Of a stretch of 32,000 nucleotides of DNA, positions 21,905-31,295 are shown piece by piece. Positions within the stretch are counted from its first letter, which is position 1; each line of letters opens with the position of its first letter. The stretch covers positions 570,001-602,000 of the forward strand of contig NZ_CP047931.1 of the NCBI RefSeq assembly GCF_014280175.1. Direction: 5' to 3'. Below the pieces are notes generated by a model. It was not told the DNA's origin. It saw only the letters and a list, made by a program, of their open reading frames with translations, and did not search any database. The stretch is from Synechococcus sp. A15-28. Its GTDB lineage: Bacteria; Cyanobacteriota; Cyanobacteriia; PCC-6307; Cyanobiaceae. Position numbers and translations under genes: made by a program.

Positions 21905-23887
21905 TCAGGGTTGTCGTGGGACGAGGCAGCGGTTGAAGGGTGCAGGAGCCGAGCCCCCCAGCAGCAACCGTTTCAGCAGCATCAGCAGCCCCATCAACTC
22001 CCGCCGGGGCAGCCGTTCCGGCCAGATCCCATCGCGGCAGAACAACCAGCGGATGAGGCTGTGCTGCTGCCGCTGGCTGAGGTTTCCCCAGCTCAGGGCC
22101 GCACGGCGCGGTTGGGTCTGCAGCAGCACCACCGGCAGGGGCTCAACGTCAGACGTCCATTGCAATTGACTGCTGGCGACGATGGGCGGCACCCCTTTGG
22201 CGAAAGCCAGCTCCACACCGCTCTCGCTGATGGCGGTGATCCGGCATTTGTGGCGATGGCCTCCGGCATCGGTGAGCTCGGCGGGCTGATCCAGGCTGAG
22301 CCAGGGGGAGGGATCGCTCTGGGGGGGATCCCAGCAGGCGCGAAGGGCCACCAGGGTCCCGAGCAGATTGAGCACGGCCCAGACCAGTCCCAGTTGAAGC
22401 AGCCCGAGTCCTCCCCAGCCCGTCTGCATCAGCTGCAGGAGGAGGCCCAGCAGATTCACCAGGTTGAGCAGGCTGAGCAGGATCAGGGGCAGCGCCAGAA
22501 ACCAGGCCCAGCCGCCCTGGGATCGCCGGCGATGCTTGGGGGTGACCCGGAAACCCATCGAAGCTCCGAACACGTGGCTGATCAGGGTCAACACCAGTGG
22601 AACGGTGAGCACCCAGCCGGTCAGTTCGGTGAGCAGGGCGGAGCGGCTGCTGCGGTTCAGCCAGCCGATGCTGAGCAGCACCGTTCCCCACAACGGCAGC
22701 ATCAGCTCGATGATCGCTCGTTCGTTTAACAGGATCGGTGTGATGCCAAGCAGTCCATAGCTCAGCGGCATCAGCATCAGCACCAGCCTTGGCAGGTTGC
22801 TCAGCCAGTGGATGACGCCCTCGAGGTAGGCCAACCGTTGGCCCAGGCGGAGGCCACGGGCCTGCAGCGGACCCTGGGGCAAGCGCAGGCTCTGCAGGGT
22901 GCCGTTGGCCCACCTTTGCCGCTGCTGAACGAAGTCCGCCATGGATTCCGCGGCCAGTCCAGCGCTGAGCTTCTGCTGCAGATAAAGCAATCTCCAGCCC
23001 TGCTCGCGTAGGGCGATGCCGGTGACGTAGTCCTCCGACAGGGCCGACTCCACGAAGCCACCCACCTGATCCAGGGCGCGTCGGCGCACCACAAACGCGG
23101 TGCCGGCGCAGACCACAGCCCCCCAGCTGTCCCGCACCGGTTCGATCCAGCGGTAGAAGCTCTCCTCATCCGGCAGCAGCCACGATTCCATCCGCAGGTT
23201 GCGCATCACCGGATCGGCATTAATGAACGACTGCGGTGTCTGCAGCAGGGCCACGTCGGGCTCCAGCAGAAAACCGATGCTGCGCTCCAGGAAGCGGCGC
23301 TGGGGGATGAAGTCCGCATCGAACACCGCCACCAACTCGCCATCACAGCGGCTCAGTCCGGCGTTGAGGTTGCCCGCCTTGGCGTGTCGACGCTCGGGAC
23401 GGTGCAGGTAGCGACAGCCCAGTCGCCTGGCCAGCTGTCTCACCTCCTCACGGCCGGCGTCATCCAGGACCCAGACGCTGGTGTTGGGATAGCTCTGCTG
23501 CGTGCAGCCCAGAAGCGAGCGTTGCAATACCGCCAGCGGCTCACCGCAGGTGGGTACCAGGATGTCCACATGGGGTCTCCAGCTCGAGGTCTGCCAGTCC
23601 TGATGGCGACGGTCGGCTTCCTGGCGACGGTCGGGGAAGCGGCGCCAGGCCAGCCATAGCGGCAGCAGGCCGGTGATCAGCAGCCAGCCCTCCGCCAGCA
23701 GCAACACACCACTGAGTCCCGTAGAGACAGGGCTGTCGAGATTGAGGCTGGCGGTGCAGCGCCAGTGCAGGTAGCGAACGGTGAGTCCGCTGATCAACAG
23801 GATCAGGCTGCGTCGGGCCCAGAGCGGAGAATCCGCTTCCGGTCGCTGGATCAACGCCAGCGGCCAGAGCAGCAGCAACAGGCTCAC
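21905..23887 (-). CDS. cellulose-synthase-like (BcsA-type) processive GT2 with C-terminal PilZ-like domain
   Basis: Motifs present: DILVPTCGEP, VWVLDDAGR, HAKAGNLN, AVFDADFIP, QTPQSF, SEDYVTG, QRQRWANG (QxxRW). There are multiple TM helices and a C-terminal beta-rich region HKCRITAISESGVELAF. GTG 23887 forms a GTGA overlap with the dus stop. The ORF-track start at 23998 would overlap dus by 115 nt. Confidence 0.8.
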   Translation of the reverse strand: MSLLLLLWPLALIQRPEADSPLWARRSLILLISGLTVRYLHWRCTASLNLDSPVSTGLSGVLLLAEGWLLITGLLPLWLAWRRFPDRRQEADRRHQDWQTSSWRPHVDILVPTCGEPLAVLQRSLLGCTQQSYPNTSVWVLDDAGREEVRQLARRLGCRYLHRPERRHAKAGNLNAGLSRCDGELVAVFDADFIPQRRFLERSIGFLLEPDVALLQTPQSFINADPVMRNLRMESWLLPDEESFYRWIEPVRDSWGAVVCAGTAFVVRRRALDQVGGFVESALSEDYVTGIALREQGWRLLYLQQKLSAGLAAESMADFVQQRQRWANGTLQSLRLPQGPLQARGLRLGQRLAYLEGVIHWLSNLPRLVLMLMPLSYGLLGITPILLNERAIIELMLPLWGTVLLSIGWLNRSSRSALLTELTGWVLTVPLVLTLISHVFGASMGFRVTPKHRRRSQGGWAWFLALPLILLSLLNLVNLLGLLLQLMQTGWGGLGLLQLGLVWAVLNLLGTLVALRACWDPPQSDPSPWLSLDQPAELTDAGGHRHKCRITAISESGVELAFAKGVPPIVASSQLQWTSDVEPLPVVLLQTQPRRAALSWGNLSQRQQHSLIRWLFCRDGIWPERLPRRELMGLLMLLKRLLLGGSAPAPFNRCLVPRQP

Positions 23888-24897
23888 TCCAGGGCCAGGC
23901 GTTGGGTGTCCAGTAACGCTAGGGCGTCCTCTGGGGTTGGCGCGCGCATGAGGGCATGGCGCAACCGCGGAGCTCCGGGGAAGCCTGTGCAGGTCCATCC
24001 CATGTGCTTCCTGGCGATCAACAGTCCGTGGTCACCTCGGGCCTCCACCAGGGCCTGCAGCTGCTCCCGGGCCAGGGCCAGGCGGGCCGCGGGGCCAGGG
24101 GTGGCAGGGACCGGCAGGCCCTTGAGCGCTGCATCGATCTGCCCCACCAGCCAGGGGGCTCCCATGGTTCCTCGGCCCACCATGACGCCGTCGGCGCCGG
24201 TCTCGGCCAGGCAGCGCTGAGCATCCTCAGGTGTGTTGATGTCTCCGTTGGCGATCACGGGGATGGTGAGGGACCGTTTGACGGCAGCGATGGCTGCCCA
24301 GTCCGCCTTGCCCTTGAACCCCTGCTCACGGGTCCGGCCATGCAGGGTGAGCAACTGTGCGCCGGCATCCTGAAGTTGCTGGCACCAGGTCTGAGGGTCG
24401 GCGTCACTGCCGCACCACCCCAGCCTTGTTTTCACAGTGACCGGCAGGCTGACGGCCCCGGCCACGGCTTCGATGATCCTGCTGGCGAGATCGGGATCGC
24501 GGATCAGCCCGGATCCACCTCCCTTGCGGGCGATCTTGCGCACCGGGCAGCCCATGTTGATGTCGATCAGGAAGGCCCCGGCGACTTCTGCTCTGCGGGC
24601 CGCCTCCGCCATGGCCTGCAGGCGGTGATCAAACAGCTGCACACCGATGGGCCCCTGCTCATCGCCGAGCTCCTCCACCTTGCCCCGGCCGAAGCCCAGC
24701 TCAAGGCTGGTGGCATTCACCATCTCGGTGAACAGCAGGGCATCCGGTGCCCAGCGGCGCACCAGATTCCGGAACACCCTGTCGCTGACACCGGCCAGGG
24801 GGGACTGCAGCACGCGGCAATTCAGCCGCCGCGCTGTGCCGGATCCCGAAAGCTGCAGCGGGAGGGTTGCAAGCATGGGCCCATGCTGCCGACTCAT
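23884..24897 (-). CDS. dus: tRNA-dihydrouridine synthase
   Basis: Dus-family motifs are present: LAGVSDRVFRNLVRRW, FTEMV, IDINMGCPVRKI, LTLHGRTREQGFKGKADW. An alternative ATG lies at 24876. Confidence 0.88.
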   Translation of the reverse strand: MSRQHGPMLATLPLQLSGSGTARRLNCRVLQSPLAGVSDRVFRNLVRRWAPDALLFTEMVNATSLELGFGRGKVEELGDEQGPIGVQLFDHRLQAMAEAARRAEVAGAFLIDINMGCPVRKIARKGGGSGLIRDPDLASRIIEAVAGAVSLPVTVKTRLGWCGSDADPQTWCQQLQDAGAQLLTLHGRTREQGFKGKADWAAIAAVKRSLTIPVIANGDINTPEDAQRCLAETGADGVMVGRGTMGAPWLVGQIDAALKGLPVPATPGPAARLALAREQLQALVEARGDHGLLIARKHMGWTCTGFPGAPRLRHALMRAPTPEDALALLDTQRLALE

Positions 24898-25350
24898 GTG
24901 ACCGATCTCTGGCCCCTCAGCCGGGCATTGCTCCTGCAGATCCTTGAGGACCGTTGCAGCGACCGCTTCGTCTGTGAGCGGATCTGGGAGCGTCTGGGTT
25001 ACGTCGACTCAGACGGCGTCTGGCGCGCTGGTTCCAAGACACCCAGCGACTGGGTGGAGGCCTTCCCTGAGGGGCCGCAGCTGATTGCTGAACGGCCGGC
25101 CTTGGTGCGTCTGACCCGATCGATCCCGAAGCAGCACAAGCAGCTGCTGAAGCAGCAACTGAAGTTTCAGGGTTACCGCATCGGTGAGCTCTATCCGCGA
25201 CGGACCCGCCGCGCCACCGCCGTGAGCTGGTTGCTGGCCTGGCTGGCCCAGCAGGAGATGCCCCTTCCGGAGCAGGGGCCCCTGGCTCCCGAGCTGCCGG
25301 TGCCCTCCGATCCGGTCGCCGGACATCCCGGCGACCTGCCAGTGGCGTGA
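24883..25350 (+). CDS. DUF1823-family conserved cyanobacterial protein
   Basis: Only the last ~155 codons of the 464-codon ORF look coding. The sequence ILEDRCSDRFVCERIWERLGY...RPALVRLTRSIPKQHKQLLKQQLKFQGYRIGELYPRRTRRATAVSWLL matches my recollection of DUF1823. The start is ATG 24883 or GTG 24898. Confidence 0.55.
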   Translation: MLPTHVTDLWPLSRALLLQILEDRCSDRFVCERIWERLGYVDSDGVWRAGSKTPSDWVEAFPEGPQLIAERPALVRLTRSIPKQHKQLLKQQLKFQGYRIGELYPRRTRRATAVSWLLAWLAQQEMPLPEQGPLAPELPVPSDPVAGHPGDLPVA

Positions 25351-25404
25351 ACCTTGCCGTGTCAGCGGGTCTGTAGGGTCAAGGATTGATCGGAGTCCCG
25401 CCCC

Positions 25405-26772
25405 TTGGCGCGTCCTGTCGTCGCGATCATCGGACGCCCCAATGTCGGCAAGTCGACTCTGGTGAATCGTCTCTGCCGCAGTCGCGAGGCGATTGTGCAT
25501 GACGAGCCCGGTGTCACCCGCGACCGGACGTATCAGGACGGCTACTGGGGCGACCGTGAGTTCAAGGTGGTCGACACCGGTGGTCTGGTGTTCGATGACG
25601 ACAGTGAATTTCTGCCGGAGATCCGCGAGCAGGCGGCTCTGGCCATGGAGGAAGCCAGCGTCGCGGTGGTGATCGTCGATGGCCAGCAGGGCATCACGGC
25701 CGCGGATCAATCCATTGCGGAGTTCCTGCGCAGTCGACCCTGTCCGACGCTGCTGGCGGTCAACAAGTGCGAGTCGCCGGAGCAGGGTCTGGCGATGGCG
25801 GCTGAATTCTGGAGCCTTGGACTGGGAGAGCCCCATCCGATCTCCGCCATCCATGGCGTCGGCACCGGGGATCTGCTGGATCAGGTGCTGACCTTTCTCC
25901 CCCCCAAAGACCAGGAGGGTGATGAGGAGGAGCCGATCCAGATGGCGATCATCGGACGACCGAACGTCGGCAAATCCAGCCTGCTCAATGCCATCTGTGG
26001 TGAGCAACGGGCGATTGTGAGCCCCATCCGCGGCACCACCCGGGACACCATTGACACCAACATCGTTCGCGAGAACCGTCCCTGGAGGTTGGTGGACACC
26101 GCGGGGATCCGACGCCGCCGGAGCGTCAATTACGGGCCTGAATTCTTCGGCATCAACCGCAGCTTCAAAGCGATTGATCGCAGTGACGTCTGCGTGCTGG
26201 TGATCGATGCCCTCGATGGCGTCACCGAACAGGATCAGCGACTGGCGGGGCGGATCGAGGAGGACGGTCGAGCCTGTGTGGTGGTGGTGAACAAATGGGA
26301 TGCGGTGGAGAAGGACAGCCACACCATGACCGCCATGGAGAAGGAACTCCGCGCCAAGCTGTATTTCCTCGACTGGGCACCGATGCTGTTCACCTCGGCC
26401 CTCACCGGTCAGCGGGTGGACAGCATCTTCGCTTTGGCGTCCCTGGCGGTGGAGCAGCACCGCCGGCGCGTCAGCACCTCAGTGGTGAACGAAGTGCTCA
26501 AGGAGGCCCTGAGCTGGCGCAGTCCCCCCACCACCCGCGGTGGACGTCAGGGGCGTCTGTACTACGGCACCCAGGTGGCCAGCCGGCCCCCCAGCTTCAC
26601 GCTGTTCGTCAACGACCCGAAGCTCTTCGGTGACACCTACCGCCGTTATGTCGAGCGTCAGATCCGGGAGGGGCTGGGGTTCGACGGCACTCCGGTGAAG
26701 CTGTACTGGCGTGGAAAGCAGCAGCGCGATGCCGAACGGGACATGGTGCGGCAGCAGAACCGTCAGAGCTGA
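25405..26772 (+). CDS. der: ribosome-associated GTPase Der/EngA
   Basis: It has two tandem G domains ([18 protein letters not shown] and [18 protein letters not shown], each with DTGG/DTAG and NKCE/NKWD) plus a KH-like C-terminus. The start is TTG at 25405. Confidence 0.93.
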   Translation: MARPVVAIIGRPNVGKSTLVNRLCRSREAIVHDEPGVTRDRTYQDGYWGDREFKVVDTGGLVFDDDSEFLPEIREQAALAMEEASVAVVIVDGQQGITAADQSIAEFLRSRPCPTLLAVNKCESPEQGLAMAAEFWSLGLGEPHPISAIHGVGTGDLLDQVLTFLPPKDQEGDEEEPIQMAIIGRPNVGKSSLLNAICGEQRAIVSPIRGTTRDTIDTNIVRENRPWRLVDTAGIRRRRSVNYGPEFFGINRSFKAIDRSDVCVLVIDALDGVTEQDQRLAGRIEEDGRACVVVVNKWDAVEKDSHTMTAMEKELRAKLYFLDWAPMLFTSALTGQRVDSIFALASLAVEQHRRRVSTSVVNEVLKEALSWRSPPTTRGGRQGRLYYGTQVASRPPSFTLFVNDPKLFGDTYRRYVERQIREGLGFDGTPVKLYWRGKQQRDAERDMVRQQNRQS

Positions 26773-26775
26773 CCC

Positions 26776-27654
26776 ATGGACTGGCTGCGGCAGATCCCGA
26801 TGGGGCAGTTCGTCGACGGGCGTGAGGGCTGGCTGCGTCGACTGGATGCCCGTCTGAAGCTGGCGTGGTCTCTGGTGTTTCTGCTTACGCCTGTGCTGGC
26901 GGGGCCGTTGTGGCGTGTTGCGCTGGTGCTGGGTCTGCTCCTTCTCACCCTGAGCTGTGGCATGCCCAGCAGGATCTGGTGGCGTTCCCTGCTGGTGCTG
27001 ACACTCCTGGCGTTGGCGGTCGGCACCCTGTCGATGTTGTTGCCGGCCGCTGATCCGGCAGCGGCCCTGGGGTTGCGCGATCCCCAGGAGCTGCCGGATG
27101 CCCTGTCCCAGGGACCGTCCTGGGTGGTGTTTGAGCTGGGTCCGCTCTCGGTGGACCGGGCTTCGCTGCTGCTGGGACTGCGGACATCAACGCTGATCTT
27201 CACGGTGATCCACAGCATCAACCTGGTGCTGATCAGCACCCCGCCTGAAGACCTGGTGTGGGCCCTGAGTTGGTGGTTTGCCCCCCTGAGCCGTCTCGGT
27301 CTGCCGATGGAGCGGTTGGGGTTTCAGTTGTTGTTGGCCCTGCGTTTTCTTCCGCTGGTGCAGGAGGAACTGCAGAATCTGCTGCGATCCCTGGCCAGTC
27401 GAGCCGTCAACCTGCGCCGATTGGGGTTCAAGGCATCCTTCGGGCTGGTGCTGGCGGTGGGGGAACGGTTGCTGGCCAACATCCTCCTGCGGGCGGAACA
27501 GGGAGCCGATGCTCTGGTGGCCCGCGGCGGCATGGTGTCGGGCCCTGCCGGCTTTCGACTGCCGGAGGAGCAGCCGGCTCCGCTGCTGAATGCACTGGCT
27601 GTGCTGAGTCTCTTGGCTGTTCTGGGTCTGAGGACTCGGTACGGTGCTATGTGA
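26776..27654 (+). CDS. cbiQ: energy-coupling-factor transporter T component (CbiQ/EcfT family)
   Basis: It is a multi-TM protein with a C-terminal coupling-helix pattern LRAEQGADALVARGG typical of EcfT/CbiQ. It starts 4 nt after the der stop. Confidence 0.7.
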   Translation: MDWLRQIPMGQFVDGREGWLRRLDARLKLAWSLVFLLTPVLAGPLWRVALVLGLLLLTLSCGMPSRIWWRSLLVLTLLALAVGTLSMLLPAADPAAALGLRDPQELPDALSQGPSWVVFELGPLSVDRASLLLGLRTSTLIFTVIHSINLVLISTPPEDLVWALSWWFAPLSRLGLPMERLGFQLLLALRFLPLVQEELQNLLRSLASRAVNLRRLGFKASFGLVLAVGERLLANILLRAEQGADALVARGGMVSGPAGFRLPEEQPAPLLNALAVLSLLAVLGLRTRYGAM

Positions 27655-27935
27655 TGGAGGCTGCATCCATGGCTGCCGAGCGTTACCTCAACCACCCCAC
27701 CTTCGGAATGCTGTATCGGGTGGCACCGGCCGGTGAAGGTCGGGACATCTACGCCACGCTGTACGCCCAGCGCATGTTTTTCCTGGTGACGTTGCAACCC
27801 CGTGGGGCGCAGTTCGAGGTGATTCCCTACGGCGATGCCCGTCACCATGCTGATGTCAATCTGCAGCGCTGCCAGCGCGCCGGCTCTGAAGAGCTCGAGA
27901 ACTGGCGGCAGTTGTTTGATCAAACCTTCATCTGA
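27654..27935 (+). CDS. pipX: PII-interacting protein X
   Basis: ERYLNHPTFGMLYRV....IYATLYAQRMFFLV.....QFE.I closely follows the Synechococcus elongatus PipX sequence as I recall it (NYLNHPTFGLLY...LFATLYAQRLFFLV). ATG 27654 overlaps the cbiQ stop (TGATG). ATG 27669 gives a more typical ~88-aa protein. Confidence 0.85.
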   Translation: MEAASMAAERYLNHPTFGMLYRVAPAGEGRDIYATLYAQRMFFLVTLQPRGAQFEVIPYGDARHHADVNLQRCQRAGSEELENWRQLFDQTFI

Positions 27936-27945
27936 CGGTTGAGCC

Positions 27946-28608
27946 TTGTCAGGCCCTCTCTTCGATCGCTGGTCCGCTCTCAAGGCGGAGCTTCCGGCCA
28001 CGGCTCGGCTGCTGGCTGTGAGCAAAGGTCACCCTGCCGAGGCGATCCGCGAGCTGGCGGAAAGCGGCCAGCGGCACTTCGGTGAGAGTCGCGTGCAGGA
28101 GGCGCTTCCCAAGCAGGACCAGTTGGCCGATCTGTCGTTGAGTTGGCATTTCATCGGCCGGTTGCAGAGCAACAAGGTGCGATCGGTGGTGCGTGCTTTT
28201 CCGGTGATTCATTCGGTGGACTCTCTGCCTCTGGCGCAACGGGTGTCGCGGATTGCCGGCGAGGAAGAGCAACGGCCGGAGGTGCTGCTGCAGGTGAAGC
28301 TCAGGCCCGATACCAACAAAGGGGGCTTCCTGCGGGATGAGTTGCTGTCGGCCTGGCCAGAGCTGGCTGCTTTGCCATCGATGACGGTCGTCGGCCTGAT
28401 GACCATGGCCCCGATGGGCTGCGAGGCCGACGATCGACAGGCCTTGTTCCAAGAGTGTCGCGAGCTCGCCGATCAGCTGGAGCTGGGGGAGTGCTCGATG
28501 GGCATGAGTGGCGACTGGCGTGAGGCGGCCGCGGCGGGCAGCACCTGGCTGCGGCTTGGTTCCGTGCTCTTTGGCCCACGGCCGTCTGCATCACCACCAG
28601 CTGGATGA
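27946..28608 (+). CDS. pipY: YggS-family PLP-binding protein (PipY)
   Basis: LLAVSKGHPAEAIRELAESGQRHFGESRVQEA and WHFIGRLQSNKVR are YggS/PROSC hallmarks. It lies immediately downstream of pipX, as in other cyanobacteria. The start is TTG at 27946. Confidence 0.88.
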   Translation: MSGPLFDRWSALKAELPATARLLAVSKGHPAEAIRELAESGQRHFGESRVQEALPKQDQLADLSLSWHFIGRLQSNKVRSVVRAFPVIHSVDSLPLAQRVSRIAGEEEQRPEVLLQVKLRPDTNKGGFLRDELLSAWPELAALPSMTVVGLMTMAPMGCEADDRQALFQECRELADQLELGECSMGMSGDWREAAAAGSTWLRLGSVLFGPRPSASPPAG

Positions 28609-28687
28609 CTTGCTGAGAGCTCTCTGAAACGTTATTCAAGGACAGGGCGGTCCTGATGCGAGGACTTCCCCCTTACGTCTCAGCCCG

Positions 28688-28694
28688 AAAGGAG
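28688..28694 (+). promoter_or_regulatory. Shine-Dalgarno-like site (AAAGGAG) for sepF
   Basis: AAAGGAG lies 7 nt upstream of GTG 28702. Confidence 0.5.
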
Positions 28695-28701
28695 TTTCAA
28701 G

Positions 28702-29268
28702 GTGTCGCTGATTTCCCGCCTGCGTGCCGTCGTCGCTGGTGACGACTATCTCGATGGCGATCTTGATGATCTGGTCTATGACGATGATCAACCCGAACAG
28801 GATCAGCGGGCCAGCCAGGCCGATGGTGGCGCCTTGGCCACCATCGGTGACAGTAATCCCTTCGATTTGGGAGACAACTTTTCAGGCTCCAATGTGATCG
28901 GCATGCCGGGCATCAGCACCGCAGCTGCCGAAGTGAATCTGATGGAGCCCCGCAGCTTCGACGAAATGCCCCGGGCGATTCAGGCCCTGCGTGAGCGCAA
29001 AACCGTCATCCTCAACCTGACGATGATGGAGCCGGATCAGGCCCAGCGCGCTGTGGATTTCGTTGCTGGTGGCACCTTCGCCATCGATGGTCACCAGGAA
29101 CGGGTCGGTGAAAGCATCTTCCTGTTCGCCCCCAGCTGCGTCACCGTGACCAACACCAGTCATGACGAGGCGTCCACTCCAACGGTGGTCAACCGTGAGA
29201 CGGAGGTGGAGCCACAACAGGAAGCAGCGGCGGCTCCCTCTCCCGCCTGGGGCGCCACAGCCCTTTGA
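28702..29268 (+). CDS. sepF: cell division protein SepF
   Basis: The C-terminal SepF domain reads [62 protein letters not shown]. The start is GTG, preceded by a Shine-Dalgarno-like site. Confidence 0.88.
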   Translation: MSLISRLRAVVAGDDYLDGDLDDLVYDDDQPEQDQRASQADGGALATIGDSNPFDLGDNFSGSNVIGMPGISTAAAEVNLMEPRSFDEMPRAIQALRERKTVILNLTMMEPDQAQRAVDFVAGGTFAIDGHQERVGESIFLFAPSCVTVTNTSHDEASTPTVVNRETEVEPQQEAAAAPSPAWGATAL

Positions 29269-30092
29269 GTCCGAGTCCATTGGTTCCTTTCCTCGGTGTG
29301 ATCGGCCTGGGCCGCATGGCCCAGGCCCTGGTGGAACCACTGCTGAACAGCGGGTCGTTTTCTGCTGATCAGGTGCATGCGGTGGTGGGCTCCGCCGCCA
29401 CGGCCCAGCGTTTGGCTCAGGGGACCTTCGAGGCCGTGTCGATTCACCCCTCTGGCTGTTCTGAGGCCTTGCAGGTCTGGTCGGCTCCCGTGCAGTTGCT
29501 GGCCGTCAAGCCGCAGCAGATTGATGGGATCGCCGCCGCCGCACCCGACGTTGCCAATCACCCCCTGCTGGTGTCGGTTCTGGCCGGCGTCAGTCTTGAT
29601 CGTCTGCAGCGCCTGTTCCCAGGCCATCGGGTGGTGCGCGCGGTGCCGAACACTCCAGCCCTAGTGGGGGAGGGGCTCACGGCCCTCGCCTGGGGAGAGG
29701 CAATCAGCTCTGAGCAACGCCTGAAGGTGCGCGAGTTGTTTGCCGGTGTCAGCGAGGTGCTGGAGCTGCCTGAAGCGAAGCTCGATGCCTTTCTCGCCCT
29801 CACCTCCTCCGGCCCAGCGTTTGTGGCCCTCATGGCTGAAGCGATGGCGGATGGTGCTGTGGCGGCCGGTCTGCCGCGTGATCTGGCCCATCGTCTGGCT
29901 CACCGCACCCTGGCCGGGACGGCCGCGTTGTTGGATCAACGTCAGCTGCACCCTGCCACGTTGAAGGACATGGTGACGTCTCCAGGCGGCACCACCATTG
30001 CGGGAGTGCGTGCTCTTGAACAGTCGGGAGCCCGCTCCGCCTTCATGGAGGCCGTCATCGCCGCTGCCGAGCGCAGCCGGGAGCTCGCTTAA
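29265..30092 (+). CDS. proC: pyrroline-5-carboxylate reductase
   Basis: [12 protein letters not shown] is a Rossmann motif, and [17 protein letters not shown] is the ProC signature. TTG 29265 overlaps the sepF stop (TTGA). TTG 29280 and GTG 29298 are alternative starts. Confidence 0.88.
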   Translation: MSPSPLVPFLGVIGLGRMAQALVEPLLNSGSFSADQVHAVVGSAATAQRLAQGTFEAVSIHPSGCSEALQVWSAPVQLLAVKPQQIDGIAAAAPDVANHPLLVSVLAGVSLDRLQRLFPGHRVVRAVPNTPALVGEGLTALAWGEAISSEQRLKVRELFAGVSEVLELPEAKLDAFLALTSSGPAFVALMAEAMADGAVAAGLPRDLAHRLAHRTLAGTAALLDQRQLHPATLKDMVTSPGGTTIAGVRALEQSGARSAFMEAVIAAAERSRELA

Positions 30093-30093
30093 C

Positions 30094-31263
30094 TCAGGCG
30101 GCCCGTTGGTCGGAGCTGACCAGGGACCCGTAGAGCGCTTCGATGGCGTCGATGTTGCGGCTGATGGTGTAGCGCTCGAGGGCACGCTGACGGGCCCGTC
30201 GCCCCAGTTCCGCAGTGAGCACCGGCTGATCCCGCAGCACCGGTAACAGGGTGCGCAGCTGCGTGGTGACCCCCTGGGTGCTCAGAACGATCCCGGCTCC
30301 ACCCTCCAAGGCCTCGCCATCCGCACCGGCATCGGTGGCCACGCAGGCGGTGCCGCTGGCCATCGCTTCCAGCAGCGCCAGGGATAACCCCTCAACGAGG
30401 CTGGGCAGAACGAAGACCTCGGCGCATTGCAGCAGCGCCACACGGGTGTCCAGATCGGGTTCATAGCCCCACCACAGCACCTCACCATTGCCGAACTGAT
30501 TCATCAGTCCGCTACTGAGGGGGCCATCGCCGACGATCACCAGTCGGCATCCGGTTGGTGAGGTGAGTCGCCAGGCCCGCAATAGCGCTTCGACGTTTTT
30601 CTCGGTGGCCAGCCGTCCCATGTACAGGAAGATCCGCTGGGATCCCAGCCGTTCGCGCACGCGTTTGAGGGTCAGGTTGCTGGTGCCATGGGTGGCAGGG
30701 GCCCAGCGTTCCGTATCCACGCCATTGGGAATGACCACCAGGCGCTGCTCCGGCACACCGAGTCGGACCAGTACATCAGCCTGCAGCTGGGAGAACACGA
30801 TCACCCGGTCGTAGCGCGCCAGGGCGGGGGCATACAGCTGATATGTGAGCTGCTGGGTACCGGCGGTGATGTTGCGCAGCCCCGCATCAAAAGGGGGGTG
30901 AAAAGTGGCCACCAGTGGCACGCCGAGCTGCTGGCAGAGCTCCGGCAGGCGGAAGTCAAGGGGTGAGAGGGTGAGGCTGGCGTGGACGATGTCCGGCTTC
31001 AGCCGCTCCAGGGAGTCCCTCAGCTCCCGCTGCGCCCCCGGTGAGGGGATCGTGTAAACCTGCGATTTGACCAGATACGGCAGGCTGACGTCCGGGTCAT
31101 TGGCCAGCAATGACGTTCCGCCGCTCTCGGGATTGCGAGGATTGTCGAAATGGATGAAGTGCGTCTGATGCCCCCGCTGACGCAAGGCCTCGGTGGTGCT
31201 GAGGCCGTAGGAGACGTTCCCGCAGAACGGTGTTTTCTTCCCCAGCCAGGCGATCTGCACCAA
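30094..31263 (-). CDS. GT4-family (group 1) glycosyltransferase
   Basis: The C-terminal GT-B motif is VFVLPSLVEGLSLALLEAMASGTACVATDAGADGE. The protein is 389 aa with native GC. The start is TTG 31263 or GTG 31260. Confidence 0.75.
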   Translation of the reverse strand: MVQIAWLGKKTPFCGNVSYGLSTTEALRQRGHQTHFIHFDNPRNPESGGTSLLANDPDVSLPYLVKSQVYTIPSPGAQRELRDSLERLKPDIVHASLTLSPLDFRLPELCQQLGVPLVATFHPPFDAGLRNITAGTQQLTYQLYAPALARYDRVIVFSQLQADVLVRLGVPEQRLVVIPNGVDTERWAPATHGTSNLTLKRVRERLGSQRIFLYMGRLATEKNVEALLRAWRLTSPTGCRLVIVGDGPLSSGLMNQFGNGEVLWWGYEPDLDTRVALLQCAEVFVLPSLVEGLSLALLEAMASGTACVATDAGADGEALEGGAGIVLSTQGVTTQLRTLLPVLRDQPVLTAELGRRARQRALERYTISRNIDAIEALYGSLVSSDQRAA

Positions 31264-31295
31264 GCGCGACTGCCCTCCTCAGGCGGACTGGCAAG

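Noticed and set aside
23956-24882. Upstream two-thirds of the 464-aa plus-strand ORF overlapping dus
   Set aside because: It is antisense to a clearly real dus gene and has a low-complexity translation. Only the segment from 24883 onward resembles a conserved protein (DUF1823).
25009-26460. 483-aa ORF antisense to der
   Set aside because: It has the same GC-driven artefact signature and no recognisable motifs. der on the plus strand is unambiguous.
27258-27653. N-terminal extension of the pipX ORF (225-aa track entry)
   Set aside because: It lies in an alternative frame of cbiQ, is Gly/Ala/Pro-rich, and PipX proteins are about 90 aa.
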